64,000 nt of DNA, taken from Myxococcota bacterium (lineage in GTDB: Bacteria > Myxococcota_A > Polyangia > DASYRF01). The translations under genes were made by a program, and so were the position numbers. The stretch is taken from positions 24 to 64,023 of the forward strand of contig DASYRF010000518.1 in NCBI GenBank assembly GCA_036004705.1. Direction: 5' to 3'. Positions 48,343 through 60,056 of the stretch are shown here, piece after piece; the first letter of the stretch is position 1; each line of letters starts with the position of its first letter. The notes beneath the pieces were generated by a model, which worked only from the letters and a program-made list of their open reading frames with translations, made no database searches and had not been told where the DNA came from.

Positions 48343-49151
48343 GGACGACGCCCGCGCTGGTCGCCACCTTCCTCTGGCGCGGCTGGCGCGTGGAACGCAG
48401 CTATCGCTTCGCCTTCGTGAGCCGCATCGCCTTTCCGGTGCTCGTCGTCGTGACGATGCTCTTCATGGACCGTCTCGTCGGTCCGGCCGCGCCGCTCGCC
48501 CCCTACGGCGGCGGCTACCTCCCCTTCGCACTGCTCGGGCTGCTCGTGGCCGACCTCCAGAGCGCCGCCACCGGCTCCGTCGTGGCGGCGCTGCGCAACG
48601 AGCAGCTCACTGGCACGCTCGACGCCCTCCTGGCCGCCACGCCCGCGCCGGTCGCGCGCGTGGTCCTGGCCTGCACTGCCTACGAAGGCGCCTGGGCCCT
48701 GGCGCAGGCCGCCGCGCTCGCCATCGCGCTCGCCGCCTGGGCCGCCGCGCGCGGGTTGCCGCTGCACCCCGCCGCCACGCTGCTGGCCGGCGCCTGCCTG
48801 CTCATCTATTGCATCGGGCTCTGGCTCCTGAGCGCCGCCGCCGCGCTCGTCTTCAAGCGCGCCAACCCTATCGCTGCGATGCTCGCCACCGCCACCTACG
48901 TCGCCGGCGGCGTCCTCTACCCCGTGGCCGTCCTCCCGGGCTGGATGCAGCGCCTCGCCTGGCTCCTCCCCAGCGCCCAGCTCACCGAGGCCCTGCGCCG
49001 CGCGACCCTCGCCGGCGCCGGCCCGCGTGCCATCGCCTCGCCGCTCGCCGCCTCCGCCGCCTTCGCCGCCGCCGCCCTTCTCCTCGGGGCCTGGGCGCTG
49101 CGCACCGCCGTCGACCGGGGGCGCCGTGGTGGCTGGATCGCGGACTACTGA
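48339..49151 (+). CDS. ABC-2 type transporter permease
   Basis: The ATG at 48339 overlaps the ATPase stop (ATGA). About six hydrophobic segments. Confidence 0.75.
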   Translation: MRTTPALVATFLWRGWRVERSYRFAFVSRIAFPVLVVVTMLFMDRLVGPAAPLAPYGGGYLPFALLGLLVADLQSAATGSVVAALRNEQLTGTLDALLAATPAPVARVVLACTAYEGAWALAQAAALAIALAAWAAARGLPLHPAATLLAGACLLIYCIGLWLLSAAAALVFKRANPIAAMLATATYVAGGVLYPVAVLPGWMQRLAWLLPSAQLTEALRRATLAGAGPRAIASPLAASAAFAAAALLLGAWALRTAVDRGRRGGWIADY

Positions 49152-49318
49152 GTCGGGCACGCCGAAGGCGTCGCCTCGATTGGAGATCACCACACCCTCT
49201 TCGGCCGTCACCTCCGGCGAAGCGTGCTAAACTTTGCAGGTCCCAGCGGGGCTTTCCCGCGCCCGCGCCGCTCCGGCGCGGCGTTCCTTGTACACCCTGA
49301 GGAGAGGCACGAATCACA

Positions 49319-51382
<2,064 letters not shown>

Positions 51383-51401
51383 CCGAGTCGAGGCCACCGC
51401 G

Positions 51402-52514
51402 TTGAGCTTGTCCATCAAACAAGACCACTCGCGCTTCCGGCAGATCGTGCGCGGGAAGATCAAGCAGAACCTGCGCCGCTACATCACCAAGGGCGAGCTG
51501 CTGGGCAAGGAGGGCAAGGACGTCGTCTCCATCCCGGTGCCGCAGATCGACATCCCGCGCTTCCGCTACGGGCAGAAGCAAACGGGCGGCGTGGGCCAGG
51601 GCGAGGGCGAGGTCGGGCAGCCGCTCTCCGGCGGAGAGGACGGCGAGGGGTCGGGCCAGGGCAAGGCCGGCGACACCGAGGGCGATCACATGCTCGAGGT
51701 CGAGCTTTCGATCGACGAGCTGGCCCAGATCCTCGGCGAGGAGCTGCAGCTCCCCAACATCGAGCCGCGCGGGCGCAAGAACGTCGAGGCCATCAAGAAC
51801 CGCTACAACACCGTGCGGCGCACCGGGCCCAACTCGCTGCGCCACTTCCGCCACACGTTCCGGCGCGCGCTCAAGCGGCAGCTCTCCAGCGGCACTTACG
51901 ACAAGCGGAATCCCATCATCGTGCCTGTGCGCGAGGACGTCCGCTTCCGCGGGCCGCGCACGATCGTCACGCCCGAAGCCAACGCCGTCATCGTCTACAT
52001 GATGGACGTGTCGGGCTCGATGGGCGACGAACAGAAGGAGATCGTACGCATCGAGACGTTCTGGATCGACACGTGGCTGCGCGCGCAATACAAGGGGCTG
52101 GAGGTCCGCTACATCATCCACGACGCGGTGGCACGCGAGGTCGATCGCGACACCTTCTTCCGCACGAAGGAGTCGGGCGGAACGATGATCTCCAGCGCCT
52201 ACAAGCTCTGCACGAAGATCCTCGAGGACGAGTACCCGGAGAACGACTGGAACGCGTACCCGTTCCATTTCAGCGACGGCGACAACTGGTCGGTGGACGA
52301 CACGCTGGTGTGCCTGGACCTGCTGCGCGGGCGGCTCATCCCGCGGTCGAACCTGTTCTGCTACGGGCAGGTCGAGTCGCCCTACGGAAGCGGCCAGTTC
52401 CTCAAGGACCTCGTCGAGGCGTTCGCCAGCGACGAGAAGGTGCTGACGAGCGAGATCAAGGACAAGGACGCCATCGTGGACTCGATCAAGACCTTCCTGG
52501 GAACGGGGAAGTAG
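51402..52514 (+). CDS. yeaH: YeaH/YhbH family protein (DUF444, vWA-like)
   Basis: TTG at 51402. Conserved blocks: [39 protein letters not shown] and FHFSDGDNW. Second gene of the conserved prkA triad. Confidence 0.85.
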   Translation: MSLSIKQDHSRFRQIVRGKIKQNLRRYITKGELLGKEGKDVVSIPVPQIDIPRFRYGQKQTGGVGQGEGEVGQPLSGGEDGEGSGQGKAGDTEGDHMLEVELSIDELAQILGEELQLPNIEPRGRKNVEAIKNRYNTVRRTGPNSLRHFRHTFRRALKRQLSSGTYDKRNPIIVPVREDVRFRGPRTIVTPEANAVIVYMMDVSGSMGDEQKEIVRIETFWIDTWLRAQYKGLEVRYIIHDAVAREVDRDTFFRTKESGGTMISSAYKLCTKILEDEYPENDWNAYPFHFSDGDNWSVDDTLVCLDLLRGRLIPRSNLFCYGQVESPYGSGQFLKDLVEAFASDEKVLTSEIKDKDAIVDSIKTFLGTGK

Positions 52515-52519
52515 GGGCA

Positions 52520-54085
52520 GTGGGCCGCCACACCGGACAGACGCTGCCGCCGTCGCTGTGGGACGTGAAGGAGCAGATCAAGGACGTGGCGCGCGGGGCG
52601 GGGCTGGACTTCTTCGAGACCATATTCGAGATCCTCGATTACGCGCAGATGAACGCCGTGGCGGCGCGCGGCGGCTACCCGACCCGCTATCCTCACTGGC
52701 GTTTCGGCATGGAGTACGAACAACTCTCCAAGAGCTACCGCTACGGGCTGTCGAAGATCTACGAGATGGTCGTCAACAACGACCCCTGCTACGCCTACTT
52801 GCTCGAGGGCAACGACGAGGTCGACCAGAAGATCGTGATGGCGCACGTGTACGCGCACTGCGACTTCTTCAAGAACAACTACTGGTTCAGCCACACGAAC
52901 CGCAAGATGATCGACGAGATGGCGAACCACGCCACCCGCATCCGCAAGTACATGGAGCGGTTCGGGCAGGACGACGTGGAGGCCTTTCTCGACATCGCGC
53001 TGTCGCTCGAGAACTTGATCGACTACCACGCGCCCTTCATCGCGCGGCGGCGCACCGATTCGACCGCGTCGTCCTCGCCGTCGTCGGGCCAGCCGTCCTT
53101 GCCGCCGAGCGTCACCGCCAGCGCGCTCGACGAGGCGCCCGAGGCAGAGGAGATTCCGCGCATCCGCGCGAAGGAATACCTGGAGCACTTCGTCAACCCC
53201 GAGGAGTTCATCGCCGAGCAGCGCGAGCGCCGCAAGCGCCAGGCCGCCAAGCAGCAACGCTTTCCCGAGGAGGCGCAGCGCGACGTGCTGCAGTTCCTCG
53301 TCGACTTCGCCCCGCTGAAGCGCTGGCAGCGCGACGTGCTGTCGATCGTGCGCGAGGAGGCGTACTACTTCGCGCCGCAGGGACAGACGAAGATCATGAA
53401 CGAGGGTTGGGCGACGTACTGGCACTCCACGATCATGACGACGGGCGGCGTGCTCAAGGCGTCGGAGATCATCGATTACGCCGATCGCCATGCCGGCGTG
53501 GTGGCGATGGCGCCGGGGCGCATGAACCCCTACACGCTGGGGCTCGGGCTGTTCCGCGACATCGAGGAGCGCTGGGACAGGGGCCGGTTCGGGCGCGAGT
53601 ACGAGCACTGCGACGACCTGGCGGCGCGGCGCGCGTGGGACAAGCAGCTGGGGCTCGGGCGCAAGAAGATCTACGAGGTGCGACGGCACTACAACGACGT
53701 GACCTTCATCGACGAGTTCTTCACCGAGGACTTCTGCCGCGAGCAGCGGTTCTTCGCGTTCGACTTCAACCAGAAGAGCGGGCGTTACGAGATATCCTCG
53801 CGCGAGTTCCGAGCCATCAAGGAGAAGCTGCTCTTCCAGCTGACGAACTTCGGACAGCCCTTCATCGCCGTGGTGGACGGCGACATGGAGCACCGCGGCG
53901 AGCTGTTGCTGCGGCACCGGCACGAGGGCGTAGATCTGAAGATGGACTACGCGCGCGACACGCTGGAGAACCTGTATCGGGTGTGGACGCGGCCGGTGCA
54001 CATCTTGACGAAGACGGACGGCGCCGGGCGCATGCTCAGCTTCAACGGCAAAGAGCACTCCGACCGCTCGGCGGCGTACGACTGA
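52520..54085 (+). CDS. spoVR: SpoVR/YcgB family protein
   Basis: GTG at 52520, 5 nt after the yeaH stop. Conserved blocks: [47 protein letters not shown] and [12 protein letters not shown]. Confidence 0.9.
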   Translation: MGRHTGQTLPPSLWDVKEQIKDVARGAGLDFFETIFEILDYAQMNAVAARGGYPTRYPHWRFGMEYEQLSKSYRYGLSKIYEMVVNNDPCYAYLLEGNDEVDQKIVMAHVYAHCDFFKNNYWFSHTNRKMIDEMANHATRIRKYMERFGQDDVEAFLDIALSLENLIDYHAPFIARRRTDSTASSSPSSGQPSLPPSVTASALDEAPEAEEIPRIRAKEYLEHFVNPEEFIAEQRERRKRQAAKQQRFPEEAQRDVLQFLVDFAPLKRWQRDVLSIVREEAYYFAPQGQTKIMNEGWATYWHSTIMTTGGVLKASEIIDYADRHAGVVAMAPGRMNPYTLGLGLFRDIEERWDRGRFGREYEHCDDLAARRAWDKQLGLGRKKIYEVRRHYNDVTFIDEFFTEDFCREQRFFAFDFNQKSGRYEISSREFRAIKEKLLFQLTNFGQPFIAVVDGDMEHRGELLLRHRHEGVDLKMDYARDTLENLYRVWTRPVHILTKTDGAGRMLSFNGKEHSDRSAAYD

Positions 54086-54135
54086 GGCCCCCCGGGGGCG
54101 GGTGAGCCGTCCGCGCCGGCAGCGGCTACTCTAAG

Positions 54136-54810
54136 GTGGTGAGCCCAAGACCGCATACGGCGCGCGAGGAGGGGGGCCCGGGGCCGGGCCGCCTGGGCAA
54201 CGTGCGCGCGTTGCCGCGCGCGGCCGACGACGCGTTGCTGGTGGAGCGCCTTCGCAACGGCGACGCCCGGGCGCAGGCGACGTTCTACGACCGTTTCTCG
54301 GAGCTCGTCGAGCGCATCCTGGTGCGGGTGCTGGGGATGGACCGCGAGCTCGACGACCTGCACCACGACGTGTTCGTGCAGGCGATCGAGTCGGTGCGCA
54401 AGCTGCGCGACCCGGCGGCGCTGCGCGCCTGGGTGATCTCGGTGACGGTGAATACGGCGCACGCCACCATCCGGCGCCGGCAGCGCTGGCGTTGGATCGC
54501 GCTGTGGCGCGAGGCCGAGCCGCCGGCGGCGGTGGCGCGGGCGCGAAGCCCCGAGGCGGCCGAGGCCGTGCGAGCGACCTACGCCGTGCTGGAGACCCTG
54601 CCCGCGGACGAGCGCGTGGCGTTCGCGCTGCGCCACGTGGAGGGTATGGAGCTGACGGAGGCGGCGGCCGCGTGCGGGGTATCGCTGGCGACGATCAAGC
54701 GGCGGCTCGCCCGTGCCGAGGAGCGCTTCCGCGTGGCGGCGGGCGCGCACCCCGTCCTGGAAGAATGGATGGAGGGAGGTGGCCGATGGACGAGCCCACG
54801 GCGCCGCTGA
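54136..54810 (+). CDS. ECF-type RNA polymerase sigma factor
   Basis: Region-2-like FYDRFSELVERILVRVLG...DLHHDVFVQA. Region-4 HTH LPADERVAFALRHVEGMELTEAAAACGVSLATIKRRLARA. The true start may lie downstream of the GTG at 54136. Confidence 0.8.
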   Translation: MVSPRPHTAREEGGPGPGRLGNVRALPRAADDALLVERLRNGDARAQATFYDRFSELVERILVRVLGMDRELDDLHHDVFVQAIESVRKLRDPAALRAWVISVTVNTAHATIRRRQRWRWIALWREAEPPAAVARARSPEAAEAVRATYAVLETLPADERVAFALRHVEGMELTEAAAACGVSLATIKRRLARAEERFRVAAGAHPVLEEWMEGGGRWTSPRRR

Positions 54811-56135
54811 GCGAGCTCGGCGAGCTGCTGGCTCGAGCGCAGGACGACGCCCGCGAGGGGGCCGTCGCAGAGCGCGCCGGGGCGGGGCGCGCGCGGCTGC
54901 TGGCGTCCCTGTCGCGGCGGCGGCGCGTGCGCCAAACCGCGGTCATCGGCGGCGCGGCGCTGGCGGGGGCGCTGGCGGCGGGGCTCGTGGCGGCGGTGCT
55001 GCGCGGCGACGCCGGCGGGGGCGCGCCGGCGGGGGACGTACCGCTGGCGTTCGTGGTCGGCGACGGCACGACGCCAGGCCGGGCGGGCGACTGGGTGGTG
55101 GCGCCGGCGGGGGGAGACGCCCCACTGCGCTTTGCGGACGGGACGGAGCTGAGGCTCGCGGCGGGAGCCACCGGCCGCGTCGTCGCGACCGAGGCGGCGG
55201 GCGCCACGTTCGCGCTGGAGGACGGCGAGGTGACGGCGGCAGTCGTGCACCGTCCGGGAGCGCGCTGGTCGGTCGTGGCGGGCCCCTTCGAGGTGCACGT
55301 GACGGGGACGCGCTTCCGGGTCCGCTGGGAGGCGGACGTGCAGGCGCTCAGCCTGACGCTCGAGAAGGGCAGCGTCCTGCTGCGCGGCCCGCTGCTGGGC
55401 GAGGGACGGGCGGTCACGGCGGGCGAGGTCGTCACGGTATCGCTGCCGGCGCACCGGCTGGAGGTCGGCGCACTGGCGAACGACGCGGACGCGTTGGCGG
55501 CGGTGCCGTCCGCCTCGGTCACGGCGGCCCCGGAGCCGGCGCGCACCATGGCGCCCGCCCACACACCCGCACCGGTCGGGCCAGGCACCGCCGCCGGCGC
55601 CGGCGCCACCACGTCCGCGCCCGCGAGCACGAGCGCGGCGCCTTCGACGGAACCGCCGGCGCGCGACTGGAAGGCGCTCTTCGCGTCCCATGACTATCCG
55701 GGGGCGTTCCTCGCGGCCGACAGGGCGGGGTTCACTGCGCTGTGCATGGAGGCGCCGGCGGAGGATCTCGCCGCACTGGCCGACGTCGCCCGCTATGCCG
55801 GCCCGCGCTTACGCGCGGTCGAAGCGTACGAGACCTTGCGCAACCGCTTCCCGGGCGATCCGGCGGCGGCGGTGGCCGCGTACAGGCTCGGCAGCATCCA
55901 TTATGACGATCCCAGCGGCGCCGCGCTCGCCGCCTACTGGTTCGGCGTCTACCTTGCGGAGCTGCCCGACGGTCCTCTCGCGCGTGAAGCGGCCGGCCGT
56001 CGCATCGAGGCGCTCGATCGCTCCGGGGAGTCGGACGCCGCGCGCGCCGCCGCCGTCCAGTACCTGCGTCTCTACCCCCACGGCCCGCACGCCGAGCTGG
56101 CCCGGCGCCTCGCCGCGCCCGCGCCCTCCAAGTGA
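54786..56135 (+). CDS. Anti-sigma factor-like protein: single TM, FecR-type domain and C-terminal helical-repeat (TPR-like) domain
   Basis: The ATG at 54786 overlaps the sigma gene by 25 nt. TM VIGGAALAGALAAGLVAAVL. FecR-like beta region (RFADGTELRLAAGATGRV...FEVHVTGTRFRVRW...LEKGSVLL). C-terminal Ala/Leu/Tyr-rich helical repeats. Confidence 0.7.
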   Translation: MDEPTAPLSELGELLARAQDDAREGAVAERAGAGRARLLASLSRRRRVRQTAVIGGAALAGALAAGLVAAVLRGDAGGGAPAGDVPLAFVVGDGTTPGRAGDWVVAPAGGDAPLRFADGTELRLAAGATGRVVATEAAGATFALEDGEVTAAVVHRPGARWSVVAGPFEVHVTGTRFRVRWEADVQALSLTLEKGSVLLRGPLLGEGRAVTAGEVVTVSLPAHRLEVGALANDADALAAVPSASVTAAPEPARTMAPAHTPAPVGPGTAAGAGATTSAPASTSAAPSTEPPARDWKALFASHDYPGAFLAADRAGFTALCMEAPAEDLAALADVARYAGPRLRAVEAYETLRNRFPGDPAAAVAAYRLGSIHYDDPSGAALAAYWFGVYLAELPDGPLAREAAGRRIEALDRSGESDAARAAAVQYLRLYPHGPHAELARRLAAPAPSK

Positions 56136-56148
56136 CGCCGAGGACACG

Positions 56149-57348
56149 GTGGGTCGGCTCCTGATCCCCGCGCTGGCTGGCGCCGCTCTCGTGCTGCACG
56201 CAGGCGGCGTACGCCCGGCGCACGGCAGCGAAGCTGCACACACGAGCAAGCCGGCGGCCGCCGCCACCCCCGCCCCAGCCTCCCCTCTCGCGCCGGCGCC
56301 GGCGCCCGCGCCCGCGTCCGCGCCCACGCCCGCCGCGTCCAGACCTGCGCCGTTGATCCTCGTCGCCGGTGTGGCCGAGGACGATCCCCTCGTGGCGCGG
56401 CTGCGCGCGGAGGTGGGGGCGCTCGGCCTCGGCGAGCCGCGCGTCGTCACCGGCCCCGACGCCGCCGACTTCGCCCGGCTGGGTGCGCTGGCCGGCACGG
56501 CTGGCGCCGTCGCCGCGATCCGCGTCGTTCCGCCCGGCGGCACGCTCGAGGTCTGGCTCGTCGACCCGTCGCGTGGGACCCTGGCCCTGCGCGAGACGGT
56601 GACCGCCCTGCGCGCCGACGACGCCGACGCCACCCTCGCCCTGCGCGCCGTCGAGGTCCTCCGCGCCGCTCTGCTCGCGCCGCCACCCCCGCCCCCACGG
56701 CTCGTGGCCGAATCCACCCCCGTGTCCGCCCCCGCGACGCCGCCTGCCGCCGGCTCGGCGGACGTGGGCGCCGGCGGCGGCGCCGCGCCTGTCAGCGTCG
56801 CCGCCCGCGTCGCTCCGCGGCCCGAGCGGATCGCCTTCGAGACCGGCGCCGGAACGCTCTTCAGCGTCGCCGCGAGCCCGCCCGCCCCCTTCCTGCTGGC
56901 GCGCGTCGGCGTCCGCTTGATGATCACGCCGCGGTGGGGCGTGCGGGTCACGGGCGGCCTGACGCCCGTCATCTGGTGGCACCGCGGAGACTTCTTCAGG
57001 ACCGGCTTTGCGGCCGCGACGTTTGGCGCCGCACTCCGTGTGCTGCTGGCGCGGCCCGGCGCCGGCTGGCAGCCGACGCTGGACGCCAGCCTGTCGGCGC
57101 TCTACTTCGAGACGATCAACATCGGCTACGGCCCGCCGTTCGAGCCCAGTGGCCGCGATCACTTGTGGAGCGTGGTGTCGGGCGCGCGGATCGGCCTTGG
57201 CCGCCGTCTCGGCCGCTGGCTCATGCTGCGCGCGGAAGCCGGCCTCGGGCTCGGCCTGCCGGCGGCGCGCGTCAATCTGCTCGACAGCACGGTCACCTGG
57301 GGACCGCTCTTCGCCGACGCCTCACTCGGGCTGGAGGTGACGCTGTGA
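56149..57348 (+). CDS. Secreted protein, function unknown, with a strand-rich C-terminal half (possible OM barrel)
   Basis: GTG at 56149, 13 nt after the anti-sigma stop. Signal-like LLIPALAGAALVLHAGG, then a Pro/Ala linker. The C-terminus is ...LFADASLGLEVTL. The stop overlaps the next start. Confidence 0.55.
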   Translation: MGRLLIPALAGAALVLHAGGVRPAHGSEAAHTSKPAAAATPAPASPLAPAPAPAPASAPTPAASRPAPLILVAGVAEDDPLVARLRAEVGALGLGEPRVVTGPDAADFARLGALAGTAGAVAAIRVVPPGGTLEVWLVDPSRGTLALRETVTALRADDADATLALRAVEVLRAALLAPPPPPPRLVAESTPVSAPATPPAAGSADVGAGGGAAPVSVAARVAPRPERIAFETGAGTLFSVAASPPAPFLLARVGVRLMITPRWGVRVTGGLTPVIWWHRGDFFRTGFAAATFGAALRVLLARPGAGWQPTLDASLSALYFETINIGYGPPFEPSGRDHLWSVVSGARIGLGRRLGRWLMLRAEAGLGLGLPAARVNLLDSTVTWGPLFADASLGLEVTL

Positions 57349-57929
57349 CCGGGCGCGCCAGCATGCGTCCCGCCGCCGTCATCGTTAGCGCCCTGGTCGT
57401 CGTCGTCAGCGTCGTCCTCGCCGCCGCAGGCTGTGCGACCGAGCTCACCCCCGTCGACCTGGTGGCGCAGGCCCCGCCGCCGCCGGCGCCCGGCCCCTAC
57501 GGTTGCACCATCGAGATCGGGCCGCTCAACGGCGACGCGCGCCTGTGGTCCGACTACTGCACGGCCAATCCCGCCGACGGGTGCGACGTCTTCGACGAGC
57601 GCGACGGATACGCTCAAGAGCTCGATTTCTGCAGCATCAAGTCGGTCTGCCGGATCGACTGCGTGGTCGACGCCGACTGCCCTGCGCCGGACAGCGGTAC
57701 GGCCGTGGCGACCTGCCTGCACGACGAAAGCTCCGCGCTGGGCGCTTGCCGGCTTCCCTGCGACTCCGTGTACGACGCCGCCACGGACCACTTCGTCTCG
57801 GTCACCTGCCCGGAGGGACTGGAATGCGCCGCCGCGACAGACGGCCCCTATGGCTGGTTCGACGAGTGTGTCTACCGCTACGTGGCCGCCTGCGCCCCCG
57901 ACCAGAACTGCTGCCCCACGAGGTACTGA
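57345..57929 (+). CDS. Cys-rich secreted lipoprotein
   Basis: The GTG at 57345 overlaps the upstream TGA; the alternative start is the ATG at 57363. Lipobox VVSVVLAAAGC. About 16 Cys, including CRIDCVVDADCPAPDSG. Confidence 0.65.
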   Translation: MTGRASMRPAAVIVSALVVVVSVVLAAAGCATELTPVDLVAQAPPPPAPGPYGCTIEIGPLNGDARLWSDYCTANPADGCDVFDERDGYAQELDFCSIKSVCRIDCVVDADCPAPDSGTAVATCLHDESSALGACRLPCDSVYDAATDHFVSVTCPEGLECAAATDGPYGWFDECVYRYVAACAPDQNCCPTRY

Positions 57930-58009
57930 GTCGCGGGCGCCGCGCGCCCGCCGCGCCGGCCGGGGCAGCGCTTCCAACGCCGCCGCGTTCCCGGCTATCA
58001 TGCGCCCCG

Positions 58010-58759
58010 ATGCCGCTTCAGCTCCTGTGCTGGGGGAACACCGACGTGGGGCGCAAGCGCGACCACAACGAGGACTGCTACCTCATCAATCGGCGCATGG
58101 GTCTGGTGGTGGTGGCGGACGGCATGGGCGGCCACGCCGGCGGCGAGCTCGCCTCGCGCATCGCCGTGGAGATCATCGACCGCGAGCTCGGCGCCGCCCA
58201 CGGCGAAGAGGGCGCCGCTCCCAGCGGCGACCGCTTTCGCCACGCCATCGAGATCGCCTCCCAGGAGATCTTCCGCATCTCGCGCGAGGTCTCCGAGCTG
58301 GAGGGCATGGGCACGACCGTCACCGGCCTCTACGCCGACGGCGAGGCTCTGGTGCTCGCGCACGTCGGCGATTCGCGCGCCTACCAGGTGCGCTGGGGCG
58401 ACGTGACGCAGCTCAGCCAGGACCACAGCCTCGTCGCCGAACAGGTGCGCTCCGGGCTCCTCACCGCCGAGGACGCCAAGTCTTCGCGCCTGCGCCACAT
58501 CATCACGCGCAGCGTCGGCTTCGAGGCCGACACCGACGTGGACATCCGCGTGGTATCCGTGCGCGAGGGAGACGTCCTGGTGCTGTGCAGCGACGGCCTC
58601 GCCAACCACGTCGAGCCGGACGAGATCGCCCACGTCGTGGCGGCCGGCACGCTGCCGGACGCCCCGCGCCGCCTCATCGCTCTTGCCAACGAGCGCGGCG
58701 GCGACGACAACATCACCGTCATCGTGTCCTACGTCGCCCGCGCCGGCGAAATGGATTAG
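58010..58759 (+). CDS. PP2C-family Ser/Thr protein phosphatase
   Basis: ATG at 58010. Conserved blocks: GNTDVGRKRDHNEDC, VVADGMGGHAGGE, GTTVTG, AHVGDSRAY, LCSDGL and GGDDNITVIV. Confidence 0.9.
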   Translation: MPLQLLCWGNTDVGRKRDHNEDCYLINRRMGLVVVADGMGGHAGGELASRIAVEIIDRELGAAHGEEGAAPSGDRFRHAIEIASQEIFRISREVSELEGMGTTVTGLYADGEALVLAHVGDSRAYQVRWGDVTQLSQDHSLVAEQVRSGLLTAEDAKSSRLRHIITRSVGFEADTDVDIRVVSVREGDVLVLCSDGLANHVEPDEIAHVVAAGTLPDAPRRLIALANERGGDDNITVIVSYVARAGEMD

Positions 58760-59961
58760 CCCAGCAGCGCACGCGCTTTGTCGGCGTCGACCTTCCAGTC
58801 GCGCCCCGGCGCGGGGGACTCCAAGACTTCCTGGGCCAGGCGGGCGAGCGGGCGCGACAGCGCCCAGCTGCCGTCCGGATCGCCGGCCGCCGCCTCCGCC
58901 AGCAGCACCATCGCCTCCGACGTCATCTCGAGTGTGCCGCCGAACGACTCGACGATGCGGCGCGTAGCGTGCAGCAGGCCGCGCTCGGGCCGGGCAAGCA
59001 GCTCCACCAGGTCGGGTGCACGCAGCGCCGGCACGCGAACGATCACGTCGAAGCGTGCCACGAGCTCCGGCAACAGCCCCGCCGCAACCAGCGCATCCCG
59101 CAGCGCACGCTCGGAAGCGGGCGCCTCGAACGCCTCGCCGCGGAAGGTCGCCGCCGCCCCGACGAGCAGCGTGTCGCAACGAAACGGCACCATCGGCATC
59201 TGCGGGTGACGCGCCCCGCCGGCGTGCACCTCCGCCTCCAGCCCGTCGAGCAAGCGCAGCAGCTCGCGCTGCACGCCCTCGCCGCTGATGTCGCGCGCCG
59301 CGCCGCGCGGCGGCTCGCGCGCGACGATCTTCTCCAGCGCGTCGAGGAACAGGACTCCCTGGCGCGCCAGCGGCGCATCCTCGTCGGCCTCGCGCAGCAG
59401 CACGCGCAGCAAGTTCTCCACGTCCTCCCCCACGTAGCCCGACTCGGTCAGGCGCCCGACGTCGGCGAGGTGAGCCGGCAGCGTCGTCGCCTCGCACAGC
59501 GCGCGCCCCAGCGCCGTCTTGCCGCTGCCGCTCGGGCCCACCAGCAGGACGCGCGGGACGCGCACTTGGGGCGCCGGATTCTTCACCCGGTATAGGTGCT
59601 GCCACAGGGCCGCGGCGAGAGCGCGCTTCGCCGGCTGCTGGCCGACGGCGCCGGCGTCGAGCGCCGCGCGCAAGAGCTCCGCGGTGGCAGGCAGCTCGGG
59701 CACAGCCGCCGCCCGCGCCCGCCCGAGCAGTTCATACGAGGTGACCACGCACTCGTTGCAGATGTACGTCTCCGTCCCCGCCACGAGCTGGCGCACCTGG
59801 CGCCGTGGCTTCCCGCAGAGCGCGCAATGTGCGTCAGCGTCCGGGTCGCGATTGGTGAAGAGGCCCACGATCCGCTCGCTCCAGCGCCAGGCAACCACGC
59901 CCGCGCCGCGCCTGTAAAGCGGGATCGTTGCATCACCAACGATTTCGCCCGCTTGACGCAC
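58756..59961 (-). CDS. ClpX-like AAA+ protein (degenerate paralogue: zinc-binding domain present, Walker B Glu and IGF loop apparently missing)
   Basis: Zinc finger CALCGK...YICNEC. Walker A GPSGSGKT. Pore loop ESGYVGEDVEN. RDISGEGVQRELLRLLDG aligns with ClpX RDVSGEGVQQALLKLIEG. The start is uncertain (GTG 59961 or GTG 59868). The TAA stop overlaps the PP2C TAG (TTAG). Confidence 0.8.
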   Translation of the reverse strand: MRQAGEIVGDATIPLYRRGAGVVAWRWSERIVGLFTNRDPDADAHCALCGKPRRQVRQLVAGTETYICNECVVTSYELLGRARAAAVPELPATAELLRAALDAGAVGQQPAKRALAAALWQHLYRVKNPAPQVRVPRVLLVGPSGSGKTALGRALCEATTLPAHLADVGRLTESGYVGEDVENLLRVLLREADEDAPLARQGVLFLDALEKIVAREPPRGAARDISGEGVQRELLRLLDGLEAEVHAGGARHPQMPMVPFRCDTLLVGAAATFRGEAFEAPASERALRDALVAAGLLPELVARFDVIVRVPALRAPDLVELLARPERGLLHATRRIVESFGGTLEMTSEAMVLLAEAAAGDPDGSWALSRPLARLAQEVLESPAPGRDWKVDADKARALLG

Positions 59962-60056
59962 CGCATTTTTGGCCCTTGACCCGCGGCCCGCTCGCCTCTA
60001 GCTTCGGGAGCCTGCGCCGTGGGCATTTCGCCACGGTGAAACGGCAAGGAGCCAGC

